Part shown: positions 11,374-18,399 of the stretch, piece after piece
Layout: every line of letters starts with the position of its first letter
Position numbering within the stretch: the first letter of the stretch is position 1
Assembly: GCA_002840355.1 (NCBI GenBank)
Contig: PHAL01000006.1
Coordinates: forward strand, 3,303-67,302
Direction: 5' to 3'
DNA: 64,000 bases
Source: Elusimicrobia bacterium HGW-Elusimicrobia-3
GTDB taxonomy: Bacteria > Elusimicrobiota > Elusimicrobia > Elusimicrobiales > UBA9959
Program-made: the position numbers and the translations under genes
The notes under the pieces: generated by a model
What the model was told of the DNA's origin: nothing
Seen by the model: the letters and a program-made list of their open reading frames with translations, nothing else
The model's database searches: none

Positions 11374-11739
11374 TCAGTGGCAGCCGTGCCCCTGGCAGCA
11401 GTCGGTGGCCAGCATCTCCGGAAGTTCGCGCTTCTTGAACAGCTCTATGGCCTGGGCCAGCGGGCCCTGCGGGGCGCGGAAAACCTTTATACCGCCGGCG
11501 TTCAGGTGCTGCAGCGCGCGGGCGCCTATGCCGCCCACCAGTATGCCGCTCACGGCCTTGCCGGTTAGCGCGCCGAGGGGATTGCATTGCCCGTGCTCGT
11601 GGTGCTGGTTGCCGTTGTCGATGAATTCCACCTTGCCGCCTTCCACGTCGCAGATCGCGAAGAAGGGGGCGCTGCCGAAATGGCCGTACACCCTGGACTT
11701 CAGGCCGTCGTTGTTCTCCACCGGTACGCAGATGTTCAT
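11374..11739 (-). CDS. NifB/NifX-type (dinitrogenase FeMo-cofactor-binding-like) domain protein
   Basis: 121 aa. MNICVPVENNDGLKSRVYGHFGSAPFFAICD... and ILVGGIGARALQHLNAGGIKVF match the NifX/NifB C-terminal fold family. Cys/His-rich tail CCQGHGCH. 4-nt overlap with the DUF134 gene. Confidence 0.7.
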   Translation of the reverse strand: MNICVPVENNDGLKSRVYGHFGSAPFFAICDVEGGKVEFIDNGNQHHEHGQCNPLGALTGKAVSGILVGGIGARALQHLNAGGIKVFRAPQGPLAQAIELFKKRELPEMLATDCCQGHGCH

Positions 11740-12056
11740 TTATGTTCTCCTTTACCGGGCGGCCGGCGCAGTTCCACCGGCCCCCCTTCTATCTTCACGG
11801 CCTTGCCGTGCACCACGGCGTCGGCCAGCTTCCGCCTGGCGGAAGCGAGTATGTTGCCGAAGGTCTGCCTCGAGACCTTCATGGCCGCGGCCCCGGAGGC
11901 CTGGTCCCCGCGCTTTACGTCGGCGTGCTCCAGGGCCTGCAGCTCGTCGAGCTGCAGCGTCACTTCCTCCAGCTCGCAAAGCGGCACGGCCCGCGGCTTG
12001 AAATAATAGGCGCGGGGTTCGGCGGTCACTTTCCTGCATTTAATGGGACGCGTCAT
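11736..12056 (-). CDS. DUF134 (UPF0251) family putative DNA-binding protein
   Basis: MTRPIKCRKV..YFKP..V..EEVTLQLDELQALEHAD...AAAMKVSRQTFGNILASARRKLADAV is the characteristic DUF134 pattern (sigma-70 region-4-like HTH). Confidence 0.7.
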   Translation of the reverse strand: MTRPIKCRKVTAEPRAYYFKPRAVPLCELEEVTLQLDELQALEHADVKRGDQASGAAAMKVSRQTFGNILASARRKLADAVVHGKAVKIEGGPVELRRPPGKGEHK

Positions 12057-12086
12057 AGGTTACTGGCATATGCCAATAACCATATA

Positions 12087-13742
12087 CTAACAAGTCGGGC
12101 GGGGCAAGTCAACAGCGGGGCGGATCGCGGCCAGCGCCGCGGCGGGGGAGGTCTCTCCGGTTTTCCAGACGGCGGCGGGTTTAATGCGCCAGCGCGCTAT
12201 CATTTTATCCAGCAGGTAGTCCCTGACCACCAGGACCACGGGCGCCCCGTTCTCCCCCAGCAGGTTCTCCAGCTGGGGGGCCCAGCCGCCGCCTTTCAGT
12301 TCCAGGAAGCCTATCTCGTCGACAAAGACCGCGTCGCAGGAAGCCGTCTTCTCCGGGGAGAGAGCGCAGCGCCCGGCGGCCAGTCCCGCCGTGAAAAAGC
12401 GGAATTCTCCGGCGCGTATTTCTCCGCCCGGCTCCCGGCGGCACAGCGGCGTGCTGGCGCCGGAGCTAAGGTCCAGCAGGTCGAAGCCGGAACGCGTCCT
12501 TCCCTCCCAGCAGCCTTTTGCGATTATACCCGCAGGTTTCTGCCCGCCGGCGCGGATCAGGCCGGCCAGCGCGGCGGCCAGCGTACTCTTGCCGCTGCCG
12601 TGCCCGCCGGTTATGATGAAAACCCGGCGGCGCGGCCGTTCCAGCAGGCAGGGCGCCCGGGAGATTATGGCGCGCAACGAGGCCGCCGGCCGCAGCAGCA
12701 TATCCCTGCCGGACGGCAGCGAGCCCAGCACCAGCGGCAGCGTGGCGAAAGCGTACTCCAGCGTCTCGAAAAAGGCCGGTCCCGCCCGGAGCTCCAGCGC
12801 GCGGCGCACCCGCGGGTTCAGCAGTTCCTGCGCTACCGCGGCAAAGCCCAGCGTCAGCGCGAAAGCCCGGACCGCCATGCGCAGGCCGGAACCCCAGTCG
12901 CCCAGCAGCCAGCCGGCCAGCAGCGAAACCGCCGCTATGCCCGTCCACAGGCCGGCTTTAGCCAGCAGCGCGGCCGAGCGGCGGTAATAGCGGGCGCAGA
13001 CGCAGCCGTAAACCAGGGACAGGCCCAAAAACGCCGGCAGCGGCAGCCGGCCGGAAACCATCAGGCCGGCTACGGCAGCCAGGTGCAGGAGCAGAAAAAA
13101 AGCCGAGTAGTAGCCGGCGGCGCCGCCGCCCCGCGGGAACAGTTCCGCGCCGCCGGAGCGCAGCGGCACCAGCTCGCCGTCGGCCGCCGCCCGCAGGCCC
13201 AGCAGCGCGGCGGCAAAGCCGGCCAGGAAATAGGCGGCCAGTACCGCCAGCAGCGGCGCCCACAACCCGCCAGGTTGCCCCAGACAGGCCCGCAGCTTTT
13301 CCAGACCTTTAACATACAGCGCCAGCGAGTCAGGCCCGTAGAAGAGGTAAAGCTTTCCGATCTTATGGATAAGGCCCCAGCTCATGGCCAGGCCGCCGGC
13401 GAGCAGGTATCCGGCAAGATTGCCGCCCAGCAGCCGTACGGCCGCCTCGGCCAGCAGGCCCTCCGCGAAGATCGCCACCATGGGACTGAGCAGCACGGCG
13501 CTGGGCGAGACCGATTTCATGGCGGCGCAGATCAGGCCGGCGCGCCACAACAGGCCCCGCTCCGGCCAGAGGCGGTGGCCGGCTACCAGTATAGCTATCC
13601 CTATGCCGGTCAGCAGCAGCCCGGCGAAAGGGATATGGGCGTTCTTCAGGAAACTGCCCAGCAAGATCTCAGACGCGGCCCAGAGGCTGCCGAGCACGGC
13701 AGCCTTGCGCCAGAGCAGAGCTCCACAAGCGGGTAGGTTCAT
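12087..13742 (-). CDS. fusion protein: ~9-10 TM membrane domain + C-terminal THEP1/DUF2478-like P-loop NTPase
   Basis: The N-terminal ~330 aa are strongly hydrophobic with multiple TM segments. The C-terminal ~200 aa carry Walker A (ITGGHGSGKST) and Walker B (VFVDEIGFLELKG), as in THEP1-type NTPases. Confidence 0.6.
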   Translation of the reverse strand: MNLPACGALLWRKAAVLGSLWAASEILLGSFLKNAHIPFAGLLLTGIGIAILVAGHRLWPERGLLWRAGLICAAMKSVSPSAVLLSPMVAIFAEGLLAEAAVRLLGGNLAGYLLAGGLAMSWGLIHKIGKLYLFYGPDSLALYVKGLEKLRACLGQPGGLWAPLLAVLAAYFLAGFAAALLGLRAAADGELVPLRSGGAELFPRGGGAAGYYSAFFLLLHLAAVAGLMVSGRLPLPAFLGLSLVYGCVCARYYRRSAALLAKAGLWTGIAAVSLLAGWLLGDWGSGLRMAVRAFALTLGFAAVAQELLNPRVRRALELRAGPAFFETLEYAFATLPLVLGSLPSGRDMLLRPAASLRAIISRAPCLLERPRRRVFIITGGHGSGKSTLAAALAGLIRAGGQKPAGIIAKGCWEGRTRSGFDLLDLSSGASTPLCRREPGGEIRAGEFRFFTAGLAAGRCALSPEKTASCDAVFVDEIGFLELKGGGWAPQLENLLGENGAPVVLVVRDYLLDKMIARWRIKPAAVWKTGETSPAAALAAIRPAVDLPRPTC

Positions 13743-13782
13743 TGGTCCGGATGGTTCACGTAGTCCGCGCCTTCGAGCGCGG

Positions 13783-14199
13783 TCAGAGGGGCGCTATTAT
13801 GGAGAAGGAGCCGTGGGTGACGCCTTTGAGGGCTCGCAGGGCGTCCGCCAGGCGCTGCAGCCTTGCCGGGCGGCCGGTGAGGGTGACGGTGCAGAGAACT
13901 TTTCCGCCGCGCAGCTGGTGTACCTGCGAAGACAGCGCGCACTTGGAGTTGGCGCGCAGCAGCTTCTCCAGCCCGCGCCCCGGGCGGCCGTCGGAGGGAT
14001 CGTAGACCACGGAGACGGTGGCGGCGCACTCGCGGCCGCCGCGCCAGTCCTTCCGGACTATAGCGCGGCGAATGAAGTCGGCCAGGGCCTGGGAGCGGCT
14101 GGGATAACCGCGCTCGGAGGAGATCTCGTCGAGACGGCCCAGCAGGCCCTTCTCCAGACAGACGGTAAAGCGGTCGAGGGAAGTTTTTCTCATATTCAT
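13783..14199 (-). CDS. NikR-family (ribbon-helix-helix + ACT-like) transcriptional regulator, divergent metal site
   Basis: N-terminal RHH region (RFTVCLEKGLLGRLDEISSERGYPSRSQALADFIRRAI) and a C-terminal domain ending GVTHGSFSIIAPL, like the NikR ending (GV.HG.L...P). The canonical HxH...C nickel ligands are not in register. Confidence 0.6.
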   Translation of the reverse strand: MNMRKTSLDRFTVCLEKGLLGRLDEISSERGYPSRSQALADFIRRAIVRKDWRGGRECAATVSVVYDPSDGRPGRGLEKLLRANSKCALSSQVHQLRGGKVLCTVTLTGRPARLQRLADALRALKGVTHGSFSIIAPL

Positions 14200-14243
14200 A
14201 CTATTCTACACAATAATATGAATAGCGGGCATGGCCAAGGCGT

Positions 14244-14274
14244 AAAAAGGGGGCCCCGGCTGCCCGGGGCCCCT
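14244..14274 (-). terminator. intrinsic terminator downstream of the peroxiredoxin gene
   Basis: On the minus strand: GGGGCCCCGG-gcag-CCGGGGCCCCC hairpin followed by TTTTT. Confidence 0.6.
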
Positions 14275-14292
14275 TGGTCGCTCGTTGTCCGT

Positions 14293-15045
14293 TTATTTCC
14301 GGTCTTTTTTGGGCTCGTCCTTGGGCAGCGGCTTGAAGCACATGAACCAGTCGTTGCAGTGGTAGCCGCCGGAGGTCTGGCTCTCCACCCTTTCCTTGGC
14401 GCCGCCGCAGGAACCGGGCGGAGGCACTATCACCTCGTCGCCGGGGCGCCAGTCGGCCGGGGTGGCCACCTTGTACTTGTCGGCGGTCTGCATGGCGATC
14501 AGCAGGCGCTTGATCTCGTCGAAGTTGCGCCCGTTGGACAGCGGGTAGTAGATGAGGGCGCGGATCTTGCCCGCGGGGTCCACAAAGAACACGGCGCGCA
14601 CGGCCTTGGTGTCGGAGGCGTTGGCTTGCACCATGCCGTACTTCTTGGCCACGTCCATTTTTATGTCCGCTATCAGCGGGAACGTGACCTCCATGTTCTT
14701 CATGTCCTTGTACTGGATCTTCTCCTTGATGGTGCGCAGCCAGGCAACGTGGCTGTAGATGCTGTCGATGGACAGCCCTACCACCTCGGTGTTGAGCGCC
14801 TTGAACTCCGGCATCATCTTAGCGAAGGTCATGAACTCCGTGGTGCAGACGGGCGTGAAGTCAGCCGGGTGGCTGAACAGGATGGCCCATTTACCCTTGT
14901 AGTCCGCAGGGAAGTTTATGGTCCCCTGGGTGGTTTCGGCCGTAAAGGCCGGGGCGTCGTCGCCGATAAGCGGCACGCCCTCCGCGAACAGCGGCTGAGC
15001 AGCGAACACTGCCGCGAGCAGCGGCAGTACTATCAGTTTTTTCAT
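14293..15045 (-). CDS. peroxiredoxin (Prx6/archaeal-type AhpC/TSA family) with N-terminal signal peptide
   Basis: Peroxidatic Cys motif HPADFTPVCTTE. C-terminal Cys-containing extension (GSCGG...HCNDWFMCF). Start at MKKLIVLPLLAAVFAAQPLFA (15045) has a GGGGGAG RBS. The ORF-track start at 15093 lacks one. Confidence 0.85.
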   Translation of the reverse strand: MKKLIVLPLLAAVFAAQPLFAEGVPLIGDDAPAFTAETTQGTINFPADYKGKWAILFSHPADFTPVCTTEFMTFAKMMPEFKALNTEVVGLSIDSIYSHVAWLRTIKEKIQYKDMKNMEVTFPLIADIKMDVAKKYGMVQANASDTKAVRAVFFVDPAGKIRALIYYPLSNGRNFDEIKRLLIAMQTADKYKVATPADWRPGDEVIVPPPGSCGGAKERVESQTSGGYHCNDWFMCFKPLPKDEPKKDRK

Positions 15046-15160
15046 TTTTCTCCCCCTTATTGGCGCCTGGAGCGCCCAAAAACCACTATACAAACTTTTC
15101 AGGTTTTCCCGCCGCAGTTCTTATACATGCGGCAAAGCGAAAGGTTTACTGGCCGGAGGG

Positions 15161-16027
15161 TTAAAAGGGCAGGGTAAGCCCCAGCGATAGATAATCGCTC
15201 CTTGACGCGCCGCCGCCCGGATTAAAATTCTCCCAGCCGGCGGAGAGCTCGGCCGCGGACAGTTTCACGCTCAACCCAACCGCAAAACTTTCGGAAGAAG
15301 GCTGGTCCAGCAGGTAATTGGTGCGGGAGTAGCCTGCCTCCGGCACCACGGGCAGGCCGGGCACGCGCAGGCGCGCGGAAACAGCCGTATCGGGGAAACC
15401 GCTGGTGCCTATGCCGCCTATGTCCAACGGCAGTTCCCTGTTCTCGGCGGTAATATCCTCGCTGTAGGCCGTCTTGGTGAAGCGGCCGCTGGCCCGCACG
15501 CCGAAAAACTTAACGCCGGCGGTAAAGCCGTAGTCGGTCTGGTTAAGTCTGAAGGCGTCGGTAAGGGCAGCTACGGAGGCGCCGCGCCGGCCCACGGACA
15601 CGGTGGCGGTAGAGGCGGCGTAAAGGTCCTCGTGCATGGTAAGCCCGGCAAAGGCCCCGAGAGAAGCGTCCTGAAACAACGCGGCTTCGTCCGGGGCCGG
15701 CAGCAGGTTGTAGGTGAAGTCCGCGTATAAGCCCTGATTCTGGTACCCGCCTGTTTCGGGGGTCAGGGAAACTTCCCCGCCAAGGCTCCAGCGATCCCGG
15801 TCCAGGCCGGCGCCAAAAGAGTAAGTGGAGAACCTGTCGGCCAGGTCGCTCGCGTAGGTATTAAGGGAAGGGCGCAGATAATATTCGTCGTTGCCCCATT
15901 CGGCGAAAGCGCTGACCCCGCCGTAACCGTCCGGTCCCGCGGTATATTTGGCCCCTATGTCCGTATAGGCCGGGGCCGAAACGGCCGCGCATAAAAAAAA
16001 CAAGGCCGATAAGATCAGTCTTTTCAT
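15161..16027 (-). CDS. putative outer-membrane beta-barrel protein
   Basis: Signal peptide MKRLILSALFFLCAAVSAPA, alternating beta-strand pattern, aromatic C-terminus LGLTLPF. GGGGAG RBS. Confidence 0.55.
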   Translation of the reverse strand: MKRLILSALFFLCAAVSAPAYTDIGAKYTAGPDGYGGVSAFAEWGNDEYYLRPSLNTYASDLADRFSTYSFGAGLDRDRWSLGGEVSLTPETGGYQNQGLYADFTYNLLPAPDEAALFQDASLGAFAGLTMHEDLYAASTATVSVGRRGASVAALTDAFRLNQTDYGFTAGVKFFGVRASGRFTKTAYSEDITAENRELPLDIGGIGTSGFPDTAVSARLRVPGLPVVPEAGYSRTNYLLDQPSSESFAVGLSVKLSAAELSAGWENFNPGGGASRSDYLSLGLTLPF

Positions 16028-16078
16028 ATTCTCCCCTGGTTCGCCGCCGCCCCGAGGGGGCGGCGGTTCTCAGCGCCG

Positions 16079-16630
16079 TTAACGGCCGCGCTTGCCGCCG
16101 CCATTGCCGCCGCGGCTCTGGCGCTTTTCGGAACGCAGCTCCTTGCGGTCCTCCCTGCGCTCCTTGCGCTGTTCCTTAATTTCCTTCTTCTCCTGCTTGC
16201 GCTCCTGCTTCTTCAGGGCTTTCTCGCCCTTCTCGCCGGCTTTTTCGGCCTTCTTCAGGGCTTTCTCCTCCCCGGCGTTCTCGGCGCGCTCGCGCACGGT
16301 CTCGCCCTTGCCCTTGTCTTCGCCGCTCCTGGCGCGGGTCTGCTCTTTAACCTGCTCCTTGTCGCCGGTCTCTTCTCCGGCTTTTTCCTCGTTCAGGCGG
16401 GCCTGCTCGCGGGTTTGTATGCCTTCACCGTCAGTCAGGCGCTCCTGATCGCGTACCTGGTCCCGCGTCTGCAGTTTGTCCTGGACTTTCAGCTTGTCCT
16501 GGGTCTGCAGCTGCTCCCGGGTCCGCAGTTGGTCCTGCTCTTTAACCGCGTCCTCGGCATTTACGGCTGCCGTAGCGAAAAACACGGAAACCAGGCCGAG
16601 GGCGGCTACTGCTATTATCTTGGTGTTCAT
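16079..16630 (-). CDS. exported low-complexity K/E/R/Q-rich protein
   Basis: Signal/anchor MNTKIIAVAALGLVSVFFATAAVNA, then degenerate repeats (EQLQTQDKLKVQDKLQTRDQVRDQERL; KALKKAEKAGEKGEKALKKQERKQEKKE). Strong AAGGAGGAG RBS. Confidence 0.5.
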   Translation of the reverse strand: MNTKIIAVAALGLVSVFFATAAVNAEDAVKEQDQLRTREQLQTQDKLKVQDKLQTRDQVRDQERLTDGEGIQTREQARLNEEKAGEETGDKEQVKEQTRARSGEDKGKGETVRERAENAGEEKALKKAEKAGEKGEKALKKQERKQEKKEIKEQRKERREDRKELRSEKRQSRGGNGGGKRGR

Positions 16631-16704
16631 AACTCCTCCTTGTGCGGGGCGACTCTCCGCCTCCTTATATGCTGACGCTCCGGGTTGCGATATGGTTTAG
16701 TCGC

Positions 16705-17127
16705 TCAGCGGCGGTTCCGGCCCCCGCCCCCCTGGCCGTTGCGGCGTTCTATCGTTTTGCCCCGGCGGTACTCCTTGCGCAGCTCGTCGCGGCGCTCCTT
16801 GGTCAATTTCTGCCATTTGCCGAATTTTTTCATCAGCTTTTTCTGGTCCGCCGGCGGCATGGCCTGAAAGCGCTTCCAGCGGGCCCTGAGCTCGGCCTGC
16901 TTTTCCGCCGGCATGGCGCGGAACCGCGCGAACTTCTTTTTCAGTTCCTCTTTCTTCCCCTCTTTCAGCCCCTTCCACTGCTCGTAGTTGGCCAGCACGC
17001 GCTTTTTTTCAGCCTCGGGCAGCTTCTCCCAGGCGGCCTGCCCGGCGGCCTGGCGCTCGTCGGCGGCCAGCGCGGCCGGCGCCGACATCAGGAATATCCC
17101 CAGCAGCAGCAGGTTAAGGCTTTTCAT
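16705..17127 (-). CDS. DUF3106-like exported helical-repeat protein
   Basis: Signal peptide MKSLNLLLLGIFLMSAPAALA. Repeats of the type RFRAMPAEKQAELRARW / RFQAMPPADQKKLMKKF typical of DUF3106, a family often linked to ECF sigma operons. Confidence 0.55.
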   Translation of the reverse strand: MKSLNLLLLGIFLMSAPAALAADERQAAGQAAWEKLPEAEKKRVLANYEQWKGLKEGKKEELKKKFARFRAMPAEKQAELRARWKRFQAMPPADQKKLMKKFGKWQKLTKERRDELRKEYRRGKTIERRNGQGGGGRNRR

Positions 17128-17395
17128 ATACCCTCCAGGTCGCGGTGGACGCCGTTACCGTCCCGGTAGATAACGGGGCTGTCACGGCGGCGGTGGACAA
17201 AGCGGGCGCGGTGGAAACCGAGACTACCGCGCTTCCCAGCTCCGCGCTTTCGATCAGTTCCAGGTTGTACAGTAATTCATAATCGCTGAAGAAATCCAGA
17301 TTGTTCAGCACCTCGGCCGGCGCGCTTACCGCCGCGGCCATCGCGGCGGCCGTGAGCGCCAGGCCCAGCCAGAAACTCAAAGCCCGCTTCCTCAT
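17114..17395 (-). CDS. hypothetical exported protein
   Basis: 93 aa with a signal-like N-terminus (LSFWLGLALTAAAMAAAVSA). Translationally coupled to the flanking genes (4-nt and 14-nt overlaps). Confidence 0.4.
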   Translation of the reverse strand: MRKRALSFWLGLALTAAAMAAAVSAPAEVLNNLDFFSDYELLYNLELIESAELGSAVVSVSTAPALSTAAVTAPLSTGTVTASTATWRVYEKP

Positions 17396-17691
17396 AATTC
17401 TTCCTCCGGTATAGCCTCGAGCACGTCCATATCGGCCAGCAGGTCCAAATGCTCTATGAAAGCCGCGCTGACGGCCCCCGGGCCGTCCGGCGACCGCTCT
17501 TGCGGGCCGCGGGCCAGCACCAGCACCAGTATGACGGCCAGGGCGGCGGCGGGGGCTAGCAGCCAGGCGCGCCGCGGCCCCCGCTCTTCGCCGGCAGCCC
17601 GCAATATGGCGGCCTTCTGGCGCGGCCAGAAGGCGGCGCCGCGGCGTACCGCCAGCAGCGAAACAAGTTTTTCCTCTTTCTCGTAGTTCAT
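17392..17691 (-). CDS. putative membrane-anchored anti-sigma factor
   Basis: 99 aa with a single TM segment (AWLLAPAAALAVILVLVLA). Immediately follows the ECF sigma gene and overlaps it by 4 nt. No zinc-finger (HxxxCxxC) motif. Confidence 0.4.
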   Translation of the reverse strand: MNYEKEEKLVSLLAVRRGAAFWPRQKAAILRAAGEERGPRRAWLLAPAAALAVILVLVLARGPQERSPDGPGAVSAAFIEHLDLLADMDVLEAIPEEEL

Positions 17692-18296
17692 AAGTATTCC
17701 CCCAGCGAGGCCCCGAGTTTGCGCCTGGCCTCGAACCAGTGGGCCTTTACGGTGCCCTCGGCCATCCCCAGCGCGGCGCCTATTTCCGCCATGCTTACCC
17801 CTTGCGACCGCAGCACGGCCACTTCGCGCTGCCGGGGCGGCAGGGCGTTTATGGCGGCCTGCACCCGGCGCTCCAGTTCGGCGGCCAGCGCCGCCTGTTC
17901 GGGGCGGCCGGCGGGGTCGTCGGGCAGCAGGTCTTCCAGCGCCGTCCCTTCCCCGTCCTCGCCCCTGTCCGCCAGCCCCACCCAGGCCCGCAGCCGCCGC
18001 CAGCGCCAGTAGGAGCGGGCCTTGTTGGCCGCTATACGCAGCAGCCAGGTCTTCAAAGAACTTTCGCCGCGGAAATCCTTAAGGTGCCGCCAGGCGGCTA
18101 TGAAAGTCTCCTGGGTGATGTCCTCGGCCGCCGCCGTATTGCCGCAAAGCCTGAGCGCCACGGCGTAGACCAGGCGCTGTTGCTCCTCTACCAGCAGGGC
18201 AAAGGCGCTGTCCGCGTCTTCAGCGCCGGGGCCCTGCGGCCCGGCCTTTTTTTCGGTCTCCATTAAGTTTTCCACATTAGTACTGACGCCCCCCAT
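17688..18296 (-). CDS. ECF-type RNA polymerase sigma-70 family factor
   Basis: Region 2 (AEDITQETFIAAWRHLKDFRGESSLKTWLLRIAANKARSYWR) and region 4 HTH (LPPRQREVAVLRSQGVSMAEIGAALGMAEGTVKAHWFEARRKL). The start may instead be METEKK at 18263. Confidence 0.85.
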   Translation of the reverse strand: MGGVSTNVENLMETEKKAGPQGPGAEDADSAFALLVEEQQRLVYAVALRLCGNTAAAEDITQETFIAAWRHLKDFRGESSLKTWLLRIAANKARSYWRWRRLRAWVGLADRGEDGEGTALEDLLPDDPAGRPEQAALAAELERRVQAAINALPPRQREVAVLRSQGVSMAEIGAALGMAEGTVKAHWFEARRKLGASLGEYL

Positions 18297-18324
18297 GGCA
18301 GGATAGTTTAGCCCCTGCCTTGAT

Positions 18325-18353
18325 TATATAGGGGAAAGGGCCGCTGTATCAAA
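18325..18353 (-). promoter_or_regulatory. candidate sigma-70-type promoter for the ECF sigma operon (TTTGAT-17-TATATA)
   Basis: Minus strand reads TTTGAT acagcggccctttcccc TATATAAT, ~30 nt upstream of the sigma start. Confidence 0.35.
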
Positions 18354-18384
18354 CAGAAAGACCCCGCGGGCGCGGGGTCTTTCA
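18352..18384 (-). terminator. intrinsic terminator after the FadL-like gene
   Basis: Minus strand: AGACCCCGCG..CGCGGGGTCT hairpin followed by TTCTGTTT. Lies 16 nt after the stop at 18400. Confidence 0.55.
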
Positions 18385-18399
18385 TCTGCCGCAAGTCTT

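Noticed and set aside
12087-13742. Interpreting the membrane::NTPase protein as a canonical NikR-controlled nickel importer (NikABCDE, NiCoT, HupE/UreJ)
   Set aside because: It has no ABC signature, no periplasmic binding protein and no HX4DH-type NiCoT motif. The linkage to NikR is only by adjacency, and the regulator itself lacks the standard Ni site.
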